NCBI GenBank assembly: GCA_016199265.1
Contig: JACQGX010000284.1
Span: 1 to 30,253, forward strand
DNA length: 30,253 nucleotides
Direction of reading: 5' to 3'
DNA from: Chloroflexota bacterium
Lineage (GTDB): Bacteria > Chloroflexota > UBA11872 > UBA12225
A program made the translations under genes and the position numbers. Under the pieces are notes generated by a model that was not told the DNA's origin, made no database searches, and saw nothing but the letters and a program-made list of their open reading frames with translations. Numbering within the stretch: the stretch's first letter is position 1; every line of letters begins with the position of its first letter. Below, piece after piece: positions 1 through 8,677 of this stretch.

Positions 1-119
1 GCGCGTGGCGTCGGACCCAAGCCGCCGGTGTTGAGGTACGTCGAATGCGCCAGCGCCGGCAACTCGGCGCGGATGGCATCGAGATCTATCGTGCTCGTTG
101 CGTCGGCGGTGTTCGTCAT
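1..119 (-). CDS. Partial gene; only the N-terminus is in the window and the gene runs off the 5' edge. Translation MTNTADATSTIDLDAIRAELPALAHSTYLNTGGLGPTPR resembles the N-terminus of class-V aminotransferase-fold PLP enzymes (YLNxGxxGPxP).
   Basis: Reverse-complement translation of 1-119 is open from an ATG at ~117-119 with TGGAG about 9 nt upstream. The YLNTGGLGP motif is typical of cysteine desulfurase/aminotransferase class V N-termini. Not in the ORF track because it is under 60 aa in-window. Confidence 0.35.
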   Translation of the reverse strand, partial: MTNTADATSTIDLDAIRAELPALAHSTYLNTGGLGPTPR

Positions 120-136
120 TTAGGTGCTCCAGTTTT

Positions 137-240
137 GGACGAAGGACGAAGGACGAAGCAGGTGGTCTGTGGACCATTACTTCGTGGCTTGTCTGCTTGG
201 TCGTTCGTCTGCTTCGTCCTTCGTCCTTCTTCTGCTTCGC
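137..240. repeat. GGACGAA-heptamer palindromic element. Left arm (GGACGAA)x3-GCAG, right arm CTGC-(TTCGTCC)x2-TTC, about 45-nt loop. Intergenic.
   Basis: Arms at 137-161 and 209-229 are reverse complements. Sits between the stop of the propeller gene (240) and the start of the partial gene at 119. Confidence 0.8.
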
Positions 241-1325
241 TATACCGTCGCAACGTACACCTGTGGATGGCCGGTGGCATCGGAGGTGTAGACGACGCGG
301 GCGCCATCGGGGCTGTAGGATGGGTGAGGGTGGGTCCACTGGGGACCATAAGCAGCCTCGGGCGTGGGGCCGTCCCAAATGGGTTCGGGTAGCGCCCACT
401 GGTAGCCCTGGCAGGAGGCACGCGGCTGGCAGAGCGTGCGGCGGGCGCCGGTGCGGGGATCGATGAGGACGAGGCCAACATCGGGCAGCGCCGTGTCGCA
501 GACGATCAGCCCTCCATCCGGGCGCGGCGCCGGGTGCCAGCAGTTGAACGCGGCGACGGCGCGGTCGCCGGTGCCGTCGCGCCGGATAGACCGGAGCGCG
601 TGCGGCCAATGGGTGTAGATGATCTCGTCGTCGTTCAGCCAGCTCTCGTGCGTGAGCCACTCGCGGCGTGTCTGGCCGCGGAGCGGGTGCGGATCGGTCC
701 CGTCGCGGTTCACCAGCCACAGACGGGGCAGATCGCTCGAGAACAAGATCTGGCGACCATTGGGGCTGAACTGCGCGTGGCCGACGAAGCGTTCGGTCTC
801 GTATGCGGTGCGGACGCCCGACCCGTCGGTGCGGATGGCGAGCAGCGCGTTGCGCCGGCCGTGCGTGCTGCTCTCGCCGCTGAACGCCGACGTGACGAGC
901 TCGGCACCGTCGGGGCTGAGGCTGCCGGTGTCGACGTGAGCATCGCCGGGGCAGACCGCGACGGTTGAGCGATACGCCGTGGCCACTTCGACGGCGCGCA
1001 GCTCGCGTCCGGCGCCGTAGAACACATGGCTGCCGTCGCGGCCGACGCACGCCGACCAGGGGTTCACCTCTCCGGTGTCGGTGAGCTGTAGCAACTCGCC
1101 CGAGGCCTCGTCGACCGCATACAGGTTGGCGCGCCCGCCGTCGCGGTACGACGTGACGATCAGACACGACTCGCCGCCGCGGCCGCGAGGGAACGCCCAC
1201 GCCTGGTTGAGGAAGTAGGGTGCGTGATTGATGCATGGCGTGTTGGTGAGCTGCACGATGGCGGTGCCGGTCTCCGGCTCGACCCACGCGCGCCGCTCGG
1301 GCGGAAAGCGATCGCCTGCGCTCAT
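240..1325 (-). CDS. Beta-propeller protein with PD40/WD40-like repeats (TolB-like / oligogalacturonate-lyase-like fold).
   Basis: 361-aa ORF with recurring SPDG/SPNG/YSPDG blade motifs and high codon-usage regularity. TAG stop at 240-242 directly abuts a palindromic repeat element. Confidence 0.6.
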   Translation of the reverse strand: MSAGDRFPPERRAWVEPETGTAIVQLTNTPCINHAPYFLNQAWAFPRGRGGESCLIVTSYRDGGRANLYAVDEASGELLQLTDTGEVNPWSACVGRDGSHVFYGAGRELRAVEVATAYRSTVAVCPGDAHVDTGSLSPDGAELVTSAFSGESSTHGRRNALLAIRTDGSGVRTAYETERFVGHAQFSPNGRQILFSSDLPRLWLVNRDGTDPHPLRGQTRREWLTHESWLNDDEIIYTHWPHALRSIRRDGTGDRAVAAFNCWHPAPRPDGGLIVCDTALPDVGLVLIDPRTGARRTLCQPRASCQGYQWALPEPIWDGPTPEAAYGPQWTHPHPSYSPDGARVVYTSDATGHPQVYVATV

Positions 1326-1469
1326 AAGTACGGTTACACCTCGGCGGACTGCTGCAGATGATACGCAAGCCGGCGTGGGGTGCGGGCAAAAGTTCCGGAG
1401 GCGTCAATGTCCTGTCGACTACCGGCAGACCGGGAGCTAACAGTGCCTCACAACCCCACCGCTCACGCT

Positions 1470-1501
1470 GAGCCTGTCGAAGGGCGCCCTTCGACAGGCT
1501 C
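1470..1501. terminator. 32-bp perfect palindrome GAGCCTGTCGAAGGGC/GCCCTTCGACAGGCTC, 35 nt downstream of the pcm stop. Probable pcm terminator hairpin, no U-tract.
   Basis: Read directly. Shares the 9-mer GCCTGTCGRAG with the terminal repeats of the 4066-4203 element. Confidence 0.45.
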
Positions 1502-1535
1502 AGGGCGAGCGGACTTCTGTGAGACGTTCCAAATG

Positions 1536-2207
1536 CTAGTCTGCCTCCGCCGAGTATCCGTACTTGCCGTAGAGCCTCACGAAGTACGCTTCCACGACTG
1601 TGCGGCGGCGGATCAACCCCTGCGGCCCCTTTTCGAACAGCACGACGTCCTCGGCACCCCCCGGCCCGATCGGCTGGACGAGCCGGCCGCCGGGAGCGAG
1701 TTGCTCCACCAGCGGCGGCGGTACCTGCGGGAACGCCGCCGCCACGACGATCGCGTCAAACGGCGCGTGCTCGGGCAGCCCCTCGGTCCCGTCGCCTACG
1801 ACCACCTCGACGTTGGCGATGTCGTGCCGGGCCAGGTTGGCCGTGGCGGCCGCGGCGATGTCCGGCCAGCGCTCGATGCTCCAGACGAACCGCGCCAGCC
1901 GGGCCAGCAGCGCCGTCTGGAAGCCGTAGCCCGTGCCCACCTCCAGCACCTGCTCCGCTCCGGTGAGCCCCAGGGCCTCAATCATCTTGGCCACCAGCGA
2001 CGGTTGGGTCGTGACCTGCCCGTGCGGGATGCGCACCGGCTGGTCGAGGGAGGCCTGCACGGCGACCTCCGGCGGGACGAACCCCGCACGCGGCACCGCG
2101 CGAAAGGCCTGCAGCACGCGCGGGTCGCGTACCCCCGCAACTATGACCGCCCTGACGAGGTCTTCCTGCCGGCTAGACAGATTGGGCCGATTGCGCCGTT
2201 CCATCAC
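1536..2207 (-). CDS. pcm: Protein-L-isoaspartate O-methyltransferase
   Basis: VLEVGTGYGFQTALLA SAM-binding motif. Overall PIMT-like sequence (GQVTTQPSLVAKMIEAL...). 223 aa. Confidence 0.9.
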   Translation of the reverse strand: MMERRNRPNLSSRQEDLVRAVIVAGVRDPRVLQAFRAVPRAGFVPPEVAVQASLDQPVRIPHGQVTTQPSLVAKMIEALGLTGAEQVLEVGTGYGFQTALLARLARFVWSIERWPDIAAAATANLARHDIANVEVVVGDGTEGLPEHAPFDAIVVAAAFPQVPPPLVEQLAPGGRLVQPIGPGGAEDVVLFEKGPQGLIRRRTVVEAYFVRLYGKYGYSAEAD

Positions 2208-2242
2208 ACCCAGTATGTAGCAACCCGCGCACCGCGCTGCAC

Positions 2243-2317
2243 TAAACCAAAGCCACAGTGGGACCCACAGGCCTCCTCACTTTGCACTTTGCACTTTGCA
2301 TTTTGCACTTGGTTTAG
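2243..2317 (-). repeat. GTGCAAA-heptamer element, copy 1 (family consensus 5'-CTAAACCAAG-(TGCAAAR)x3-4-GTGAGG-[about 20 nt variable]-GGCTTTGGTTTAG-3').
   Basis: Reverse complement is near-identical to the copies at 6737-6805 and 8674-8742. 11-nt terminal inverted repeats CTAAACCAARG. Lies between the selA-like stop and the pcm start. Confidence 0.9.
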
Positions 2318-2330
2318 CCGGCTGCTTCTC

Positions 2331-3485
2331 TCAGACCGCCGCGAGGGCCGGTTGACGCGCGGCCTGCGCCAGTACGTGCCGCAGCCGGGCCGCTACCTGT
2401 TCGGCTTCGCCGGGCTCGAGGTTGTGAGGGTTAATGGTGACCGAGTCGCGGGAGTGGGCGACGGCGATGGGTGGATCGCCATCGCGAAGCCGGGCGGCGA
2501 GCTCGGGTGCGGTGAGGCCGGCGCGTGCGGGGTCGACGGTGAGCCTGGCCTGGGGAATGGTGCGCGCGATGATGCGTTCGGCGGCGACGCCGTCGAGGCC
2601 GCGCACGGCGTCGAGGACAGTCTGCGCGCAGGCGTCCCAGTAGCGCAGGTCGGCGGCGTGGTCGCGGCTGACGTAGAGCTCGACGGCTTTGAGCAGGCCG
2701 GCTATCTCTTCCTTGCCGACCTTCATGGGACGCCCCATCGAGGCGTTCGGGTTGGTGTTTAGGCGGCAGGCTTTGATCAGCTCCGCTTTGCCGAGGATCA
2801 GGCCCGACGACTGCGGGCCGCGCAGGCCCTTGCCGCCGGAGAAGACGACGAGGTCGGCGCCGAGCTCGCTGAACGTTCGTAGATTTCCGGGCGGCGGGAG
2901 CTCGGCGGCGGCGTCGACGATCACCGGCACGCCGCGTTCGTGGGCGATCTCGACAACTTCCGCCAGACTGGTGCCGGTCGGGAAGCGCGCGTTTCCCGGC
3001 AGCTCGCCGCCGCAGAAGGTGACGGCCACGGTACGCTCTGCGATCGCGGCTCTGAATTCGTCGGGTGTGGCGCCGGCTGGGCCGCCGATGTCGACGAGCC
3101 GCGGGCCGGCATTGCGGTAGCCCTGAGCGTAGCCGGTGACATGCGTCTTCTGGATGACGATCTCGTCCTTCGCGCCCGGCCAGTCGAGGTGCGGCAGCGC
3201 CCGAATCCTCTGGGGATCGGTCCCGGCGACGCACGCGGCGGTCGAGATGGCCAGCCCGGCGGCGGCGCCGCACACCATCGCGGCGTCCTCGATGGCGGGC
3301 GAACCGAGCAACTGGGCGACCTTCCGTCCGGCCGCGCGATGGAGCTCCGGCAGCTCGACGTAATTGCCGCCCGCGCGCCGCATCACCTCGAGCACTTCGG
3401 GAGGCATGAGGCTGCCGCCGAGCCGAGTCTTCATCCCATCGGCGTTGATGACGGTTCGTAGGCCGAGCTCTTGGTACGGGTTCAT
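2331..3485 (-). CDS. SelA-like PLP-dependent enzyme (L-seryl-tRNA(Sec) selenium transferase-related family). Probable start is the internal ATG (MNPYQELG...) with GAGAGGTG RBS; the track ORF extends to 3521.
   Basis: FSGGKGLRGPQSSGLILGK resembles the SelA PLP-lysine region (SGDKLLGGPQAG). Fold-type I PLP enzyme length. Confidence 0.7.
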   Translation of the reverse strand: MNPYQELGLRTVINADGMKTRLGGSLMPPEVLEVMRRAGGNYVELPELHRAAGRKVAQLLGSPAIEDAAMVCGAAAGLAISTAACVAGTDPQRIRALPHLDWPGAKDEIVIQKTHVTGYAQGYRNAGPRLVDIGGPAGATPDEFRAAIAERTVAVTFCGGELPGNARFPTGTSLAEVVEIAHERGVPVIVDAAAELPPPGNLRTFSELGADLVVFSGGKGLRGPQSSGLILGKAELIKACRLNTNPNASMGRPMKVGKEEIAGLLKAVELYVSRDHAADLRYWDACAQTVLDAVRGLDGVAAERIIARTIPQARLTVDPARAGLTAPELAARLRDGDPPIAVAHSRDSVTINPHNLEPGEAEQVAARLRHVLAQAARQPALAAV

Positions 3486-3568
3486 AGGATCTTGCACCTC
3501 TCGTGTGTGTGCCCCCATCATAGGCGATCACAAGCGATATGGGATCCGCCCCGCCGCGTTACGGCGAC

Positions 3569-3598
3569 GCGAACGTTGAGGTTGGCGTTGAGGTTCGC
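3569..3598. promoter_or_regulatory. Direct repeat CGTTGAGGTT x2 (2-nt spacing) embedded in the inverted ends GCGAAC...GTTCGC, upstream of the lipoprotein gene. Candidate transcription-factor site.
   Basis: gcgaacgttgaggttggcgttgaggttcgc, in the divergent promoter region between the selA-like gene and gene 3604. Confidence 0.3.
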
Positions 3599-3603
3599 CC
3601 TCT

Positions 3604-4068
3604 ATGCTCGTGGCATCAGACATGGCACACTCGGTACTATCGACACGTCACGCGCTCCTGCGCCGCTTTATGGGCACGAGCGCGCTGGTATTTGCCTCGT
3701 GCGCGGCCGGCGAAGCCGCGCCCGCGCCAACGCCGACACCGGAACGGCGGCCCACGCCATCTCCGTATCAGGTTGAGGTGCGGATGCACCCCCAAGAGGC
3801 CAAGTACGGCAAGGACGAGCATGTGGTGATCCAGGCGCGCTTCACCAGGAACCGGCGCGGTGTGTCCGGGGCGCAGCTCTCGGCGACCGCGCACTACCCA
3901 GGCGGCCCGCAGACGTTTCGGTCCGAGATCACGACGTTCCCCGACGGTCGCGTCGACCTGGCGATCCCGGTAGAGCCGGCGAAGCCCGGCTCTACGGTGC
4001 CGGTGGAGGTGATCATGACCTACCGGGGCGAGGCGTACCGGGCCAAGAGCGGCTTTTCGGTGCGCTAG
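3604..4068 (+). CDS. Putative secreted lipoprotein, unknown function. Start may be the ATG at 3622.
   Basis: Signal peptide ending in lipobox LVFASC, followed by a Pro/Thr-rich linker. TAG stop at 4066-4068 is the first triplet of a palindromic element. Confidence 0.5.
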   Translation: MLVASDMAHSVLSTRHALLRRFMGTSALVFASCAAGEAAPAPTPTPERRPTPSPYQVEVRMHPQEAKYGKDEHVVIQARFTRNRRGVSGAQLSATAHYPGGPQTFRSEITTFPDGRVDLAIPVEPAKPGSTVPVEVIMTYRGEAYRAKSGFSVR

Positions 4069-4203
4069 CAGCCTGTCGGAGAGAACCATTTCGGTGAGCA
4101 ATCCGCCCTCGGGAAAGCCGTTTTGCGACGGAATGAGTACCCATTTCGCCCCACTTTCGGGGCCAAAACCGCCGGAAATGGAGCCAGGGACGTTTTCTCC
4201 GAC
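4066..4203. repeat. 137-bp palindromic element bounded by 18-20-bp terminal inverted repeats TAGCAGCCTGTCGGAGAGAA / TTCTCCGACAGGCTGCTA. A nested second inverted pair CCATTTCGG / CCGGAAATGG and internal GC hairpins. MITE-like or a structured RNA.
   Basis: The left TIR begins with the TAG stop of the lipoprotein gene. Located in the 234-nt spacer before the PRTase gene. Confidence 0.7.
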
Positions 4204-4302
4204 AGGCTGCTAGCACGCCGGTCGCGTTCGGTGGCACGGAGGCACTGCCGGCGGCACATATTCTGCCGTGACTCCGGTGGATAGACGGCATGGAGTTACG
4301 CT

Positions 4303-4995
4303 ATGAATTCGCGTTTCCGCGATCGATACGAAGCCGGCCGCGTGCTGGCCGAAGCGCTTTCGGAGTATGCCGGCCGGCAGGATGTGACCGTCCTGGCGTT
4401 GCCCCGCGGCGGCGTGCCGGTGGCCTACGAGGTGGCGCGCGCACTGCAGGCGCCGCTCGACGTCTTTTTGGTCCGCAAGCTCGGCGTACCGGGGCAGGAG
4501 GAGCTGGCGATGGGCGCCATCGCCACCGGGGGCGTCCGCGTGCTCAACGACGACGTCGTGCAGGCGCTGCGTATCCCCGATGACGTGCTCGACCGAGTCG
4601 CCGCCCGCGAGTCGCAGGAGCTGGCGCGGCGCGAGGTGGCGTATCGAGGCGACCGTCCGCTCCCGGACGTGCGCGACCGCACCGTAATCCTGGTCGACGA
4701 CGGTCTGGCGACCGGCTCGACGATGCGGGCCGCGGCCGCCGCGGTACGCCGCCTCGGACCTGCCCAGGTCGTCGTTGCCGTGCCGGTGGCATCGCGCGAC
4801 ACGTGCGAGGATTTCCGGCATGAGGTCGACAAGATCGTCTGCGCCGCGACGCCCGAGCCGTTTTTCGGTGTGGGGCTGTGGTACGAAGACTTCTCGCAAA
4901 CCACCGACGACGAGGTTCGCGACCTGCTCGCCCGCGCTGCCCGCGAGCACAAGTCGCGTGGTGAAACCGTCACGGCTGGTCGCCGAGCGGCGTAA
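4303..4995 (+). CDS. Phosphoribosyltransferase-domain protein
   Basis: PRPP-binding motif [21 protein letters not shown] 8 nt upstream of ATG. This family is commonly paired with a dienelactone hydrolase, and one follows here. Confidence 0.85.
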   Translation: MNSRFRDRYEAGRVLAEALSEYAGRQDVTVLALPRGGVPVAYEVARALQAPLDVFLVRKLGVPGQEELAMGAIATGGVRVLNDDVVQALRIPDDVLDRVAARESQELARREVAYRGDRPLPDVRDRTVILVDDGLATGSTMRAAAAAVRRLGPAQVVVAVPVASRDTCEDFRHEVDKIVCAATPEPFFGVGLWYEDFSQTTDDEVRDLLARAAREHKSRGETVTAGRRAA

Positions 4996-5149
4996 CGGTC
5001 GAGCAGAAGACTGCCCCCGCGAGCGAGTGGCCGGCGACCACAGGCCGCCGATCACCGCGGGTCACCGCGGGGCGAGGTTGGTCGTCATGTCTAAATGGCG
5101 CGCCGGCTCTGCACCAGCAGAGCGGCGGCCCAGGGAGGACAGAGCTACG

Positions 5150-5842
5150 ATGAAGGACCGTGACAATCGGACGGTAGAAGAGCACGTGGTACACGTGTCC
5201 GTAGGACCCGTGACGCTCGAAGGCAACCTGGTCGTGCCGACAGGTGCCACGGGAGTGGCGCTGTTTGCGCACGGGAGCGGCAGCGGCCGGCACAGCCCGC
5301 GCAACCGCTTTGTCGCCGAAGTGCTGCAGCGGGGCGGGCTTGGCACGCTGCTGATCGATCTCCTAACGCGCCAGGAGGAAGCGGTCGATCTGCAAACGGG
5401 ACACTTGCGGTTTGATATCGGCCTGCTCGCCGAGCGGCTCGCAGGCGCCACCGACTGGCTCAAGCAGCACCCGCAGACCCGCAACTTGACGGTCGGGTAC
5501 TTTGGGGCAAGCACCGGCGGTGGAGCGGCGCTCGTCGCCGCGGCGGAGCGGCCCGACGTGGTCGGCGCCATCGTCTCACGCGGCGGCCGGCCGGACCTGG
5601 CGGGGCCCGCGCTGGCTCGCGTGCGCGCGCCGACGCTGCTGATCGTGGGCGGCCACGACTATCCGGTCATCCACATGAATCAGGAGGCGTACGATCAGCT
5701 TCGGTGTGAGAAGAAGCTGGAGATCGTTCCCGGTGCAACGCACCTGTTTGAGGAGCCGGGCGCGCTCGAGGAAGTGGCGCGGCTGGCGCGCGATTGGTTC
5801 CAGCGGTATCTGGTGCGGGCGGAGCGCGCGCGGGCGGCGTAG
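5150..5842 (+). CDS. Dienelactone hydrolase family alpha/beta hydrolase. The true start is the internal ATG (MKDRDNRTVEE...); the track ORF 4775..5842 over-extends upstream across the PRTase gene.
   Basis: GGGAGGA RBS about 11 nt upstream of the ATG at 5150. DLH-like motifs FAHGSGSG...GYFGASTGG...GGHD. Classic PRTase+DLH gene pair. Confidence 0.85.
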   Translation: MKDRDNRTVEEHVVHVSVGPVTLEGNLVVPTGATGVALFAHGSGSGRHSPRNRFVAEVLQRGGLGTLLIDLLTRQEEAVDLQTGHLRFDIGLLAERLAGATDWLKQHPQTRNLTVGYFGASTGGGAALVAAAERPDVVGAIVSRGGRPDLAGPALARVRAPTLLIVGGHDYPVIHMNQEAYDQLRCEKKLEIVPGATHLFEEPGALEEVARLARDWFQRYLVRAERARAA

Positions 5843-5982
5843 TGGAGTGCAAGGTGCAAAGTGAGACGAGGGGCGCATGACCACCGGTCATGCGCCCCTC
5901 GTGCTTCCAAACCAAAGCCGAGGTAGGACTCACAGGCGTCCTCACTTTGCACTTTGCACTTTGCACTCTGCACTTGGTTTAG
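5843..5982. repeat. Composite of two GTGCAAA-family elements. At 5843-5905, heptamers GTGCAAGGTGCAAAGTGAG plus a perfect 17-bp hairpin ACGAGGGGCGCATGACC/GGTCATGCGCCCCTCGT. At 5906-5982, a complete minus-orientation copy.
   Basis: Starts 1 nt after the TAG stop of the dienelactone hydrolase gene. The second unit ends with (TTTGCAC)x3...CTTGGTTTAG. Confidence 0.85.
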
Positions 5983-6222
5983 CCGCTCCTGTTTGTCACT
6001 TCTCCTTGCTTTCCTTCCTCCCCCTTCACCATCGCAAAGACGGTGCCGCTGAATTGTTTCGAACTCGTCTCAATTCGCCCCTATCTCCCTGCGCCCGGCG
6101 GCGTTATAGACGCTGGAAGCACTGCACACCGGGCCGAAGTACAGGCGGTTTCAGTCTTCCGGCACTGGCGGCGCAGCCAACTCACAATCGACATACCAGA
6201 CACACGGGAGTATCAGGGGGTG

Positions 6223-6660
6223 ATGGAACAGCGGCCTACGAGGCGCACGAGAAGAGGAACCACGACCGCCGCGTCGCGGCTGGGGATTGGCCTGCTGCTG
6301 GCGCTGGCGCCGGTCACGCTCGACCGCGCGGCGGCCCCGGCTGCGCTGGCTCAGGAAGCTGAGGAAGTCGAGACTGAGGTGGTGGAAGTCCAGGAGCCGA
6401 TCGGCCTCTTCCTGGAGATCGCCGGCCTCGAGTCCGACGATCTCACCGTACCGGCGGAAGTGGAGAGCATTTGGCTCGAGGGCAGCACGCTCCCCGACGC
6501 CATCGTGAGCGTCGACGGCGAGCTCGTCCTGCCCGACGAGTACGGCATTTTCGGCGTCGAGGTGCCGCTAGAGATCGGCGCCAACGACGTCACGGTCATC
6601 GCGTCAGACGCCGACGGCAACGTCGTTGAGAAGACGATCTACGTCGTCCGCGAGGACTAA
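6223..6660 (+). CDS. Small acidic secreted protein with a probable Tat signal (RRTRRGTT...ALA). Unknown function.
   Basis: Twin-arginine motif plus a hydrophobic h-region and AxA site. The mature part is very D/E-rich. The track ORF 6043..6660 starts upstream; the start chosen here is the internal ATG after an ATCAGGGGG RBS. Confidence 0.55.
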   Translation: MEQRPTRRTRRGTTTAASRLGIGLLLALAPVTLDRAAAPAALAQEAEEVETEVVEVQEPIGLFLEIAGLESDDLTVPAEVESIWLEGSTLPDAIVSVDGELVLPDEYGIFGVEVPLEIGANDVTVIASDADGNVVEKTIYVVRED

Positions 6661-6736
6661 TCACAACAACAGTCTGTCAAGGCCCGACAGGCGAGACAGA
6701 CGAGATACGCCAGACATCACCGACCTAGCAGACACA

Positions 6737-6805
6737 CTAAACCAAGTGCAAAGTGCAAAATGCAAAGTGAGGCAGCCTGCGCGTTCCACCTTGGCTTTGG
6801 TTTAG
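6737..6805 (+). repeat. GTGCAAA-heptamer element, copy 3 (plus orientation), between the two secreted-protein genes.
   Basis: CTAAACCAAGTGCAAAGTGCAAAATGCAAAGTGAGG...CCTTGGCTTTGGTTTAG. Followed by an AC-rich spacer and the RBS of gene 6838. Confidence 0.9.
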
Positions 6806-6837
6806 ACACACCAGACACACCAGGAGGAACAAACACA

Positions 6838-7461
6838 GTGAACCGCAACCCGCTTCGCACCACCGCCAGGATGCGCGTCGTCCTCGCCGCCGGCGGCCTC
6901 GTCGCCGCCTTCACCGGCCTCGCCGCGGCACCGGCGCTCGCCGCCGATCCGCAACCGATCCACGGCCACCAGATCCATGGTACGGTCAAGTCGGTCAACA
7001 CGGGCGCCAAGTCGTTCGTCGTCGACACGTCGACGCCCGACGACGTCAAACATGGCGATGTTACCGTCCAACTGCCGAACAACCTCTCGCGGCCGGGCAA
7101 GGCCGGCCAGCACGGCCAGGGCAAGGCGAAGTCGCACCTGGCCGCGTCGATCGACGACGTCAAGGTAGGCACCCGGGTCGTCGTACAGGGCACCCTCGAA
7201 AGCGGCAAGTTCAACGCGCGGCGCGTGCACGTCCTGCCAGCGAAGGAGATCACGCACGCCGTCGGCGAGGTGCAGTCGTATACCAACGGCACACTGACGG
7301 TCAAGCTGGCCGATAACTCCACCAAGACCTTCAAGGTAACGAGCGACACCAAGTTCCATCCGGAAGGCAAGTCGGCTGCCAACCTGACGCCGCCGGGCGC
7401 CAAGGTAACCGTCGTCGCGAAGGACGGCGAGGCGAAGAACATCGTCTTCCTAGCGTCGTAA
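6838..7461 (+). CDS. Secreted repeat protein (DUF5666-like beta-strand repeats), His-rich N-terminal region. GTG start.
   Basis: AGGAGG RBS 9 nt before the GTG at 6838. Signal peptide (AAPALA). Three internal repeats of pattern TVKSVNTGAKSFVVDT / TRVVVQGTLESGKF / GTLTVKLADNSTKTFKVT. HGHQIHG and GQHGQGK His motifs. Two hairpin terminators follow. Confidence 0.6.
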   Translation: MNRNPLRTTARMRVVLAAGGLVAAFTGLAAAPALAADPQPIHGHQIHGTVKSVNTGAKSFVVDTSTPDDVKHGDVTVQLPNNLSRPGKAGQHGQGKAKSHLAASIDDVKVGTRVVVQGTLESGKFNARRVHVLPAKEITHAVGEVQSYTNGTLTVKLADNSTKTFKVTSDTKFHPEGKSAANLTPPGAKVTVVAKDGEAKNIVFLAS

Positions 7462-7462
7462 G

Positions 7463-7567
7463 CAGCGTGGCGGCCGCGGTGGAGCCGCGGCCGCCACGCT
7501 GTGCGCTCTGCGAAGGGCAGCGGGCAGACCAAGGCAACGGACAGACCGTTGCCTTCTCCGTTTCTGG
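7463..7567. terminator. Two consecutive hairpins between convergent genes. The first is CAGCGTGGCGGCCGCGG-tggag-CCGCGGCCGCCACGCTG at 7463-7501. The second is AAGGCAACGG-acaga-CCGTTGCCTT plus CTCCGTTTCTGG at 7531-7567.
   Basis: Perfect 17-bp and 10-bp stems. The second has a U-rich tail on the plus strand. Placed after the secreted-protein operon and before the 3' end of the flp gene. Confidence 0.7.
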
Positions 7568-7656
7568 AGCTTGCTGGCGCTCCTGCGGTCAGAATGACAG
7601 GGGGAGGAGGGCAATAGGACAGCGAGCTGGTCGGACTCACCGGGCGACGACGGCCC

Positions 7657-8028
7657 TCATTCGCCGCCGCGGAGCTTCTGCCACATGCTCAGCGCCGTGA
7701 CGGCACCCAGCGTGATGGCCATGAGCGCCAGCACGATCGATTCGGTGGAGAATCCGCCCCCAGCCAGCGCCCCGGCGCCTGCCCCCGGCGCTCCTACCCC
7801 ACCCGGATCGAGGGCGGCGGCCGCGGTCGCGAAGACGGCGCCGACCCGGAGTCCCAGTTGCGGCAGGATGACGACCGCGGCGACCGCCACCAACCCGACG
7901 AGTACGGCATACTCCGTCATGCCTTGCCCCTGCTCCTCACTTAGCCGGTGCAGCAAGAACCAGCTCCGGGGGCATTCGGCGCGGTTCTTGTAGGCTCGTG
8001 GGCGTACGTTGCAGCGCTGCGTATTCAT
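7657..8028 (-). CDS. flp: Flp/Fap-family type IVb pilin precursor. The real start is probably the internal TTG near 7956, giving leader MLHRLSEEQGQG.
   Basis: ...LSEEQGQG|MTEYAVLVGLVAVAAVVILPQLG matches the Flp prepilin processing motif G/xxxxEY followed by the hydrophobic helix. The mature part (about 87 aa) is longer than usual and has a second Gly/Ala-rich hydrophobic segment. Confidence 0.6.
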   Translation of the reverse strand: MNTQRCNVRPRAYKNRAECPRSWFLLHRLSEEQGQGMTEYAVLVGLVAVAAVVILPQLGLRVGAVFATAAAALDPGGVGAPGAGAGALAGGGFSTESIVLALMAITLGAVTALSMWQKLRGGE

Positions 8029-8131
8029 CGTTTCAATCCGTAACAGATCGTTTGCCTTCTCTTAGCGCACGTCGCGTGCCACCAGCACGGTCCGCAACAC
8101 ACTTGTCACACATTTCGGCGACAAAATCGGT

Positions 8132-8677
8132 ATGGACGGTGTCGTGCTCGAGCTCGTACGGATCGGACTGCGCACCGCGCACGCGCTGGCGGCGGTGCTG
8201 TGGGTCGGCGGCAGCCTATTCTTCGCGCTCGCCCTCATCCCAGCCCTGCGGCGCATCGGCGCTACCGCCGAACGGCTCGAGCTCGCGACGGCCGTTGGGC
8301 GCGAGTTCCGCCGGCTCGTGCGCGCCTCGATAGTGATCTTTCTCGTCACGGGGGCGATCCTTGCCTTCGACCGCTTGAGCCGGCCGGGCGTGCCCGCCCT
8401 CTACACGGCACTGCTCGGCGTCAAGATCGCCCTCGCGCTCTGGATGTTCTGGTTGGTGCGCGAGCGTGACGTGCCCGACCGTCCGGCGACGCTTGCCACG
8501 GCGACGGCACCTTCAGAGTCGGGCGCGGCCGCTGCATCCAGCGAAGCAAGCGCCTTGTGGCACCCGTGCATCCGGCGGCAGACGCTCCTGCTCACGCTGG
8601 GAATCGCCGTGTATCTGCTGGCGATCGTGCTCAGGGTGATCTTTGAAGCGGCGCAGGCAGCGCAGCCGCGTGTCTAA
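8132..8677 (+). CDS. CopD-family-like integral membrane protein (4 TM, short form); putative copper-handling membrane protein.
   Basis: TM1 motif RTAHALAAVLWVGGSLFF matches the CopD hallmark Hx6-7WxGG. Four predicted TM helices. TAA stop overlaps the left end of a palindromic repeat element. Confidence 0.45.
   Translation: MDGVVLELVRIGLRTAHALAAVLWVGGSLFFALALIPALRRIGATAERLELATAVGREFRRLVRASIVIFLVTGAILAFDRLSRPGVPALYTALLGVKIALALWMFWLVRERDVPDRPATLATATAPSESGAAAASSEASALWHPCIRRQTLLLTLGIAVYLLAIVLRVIFEAAQAAQPRV

Noticed and set aside
45-481. ORFs 45..392 (+) and 116..481 (-) spanning the palindromic element at 137-240.
   Set aside because: Both read through the heptamer palindrome and into the antisense of the propeller gene. 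The only credible coding signal here is the partial minus-strand gene at 1-119.
7657-8677. Interpreting the flp gene as marking a tad pilus locus.
   Set aside because: No CpaF/TadA ATPase, TadB/C, secretin or prepilin peptidase genes occur within the window. Only an orphan pilin can be supported.
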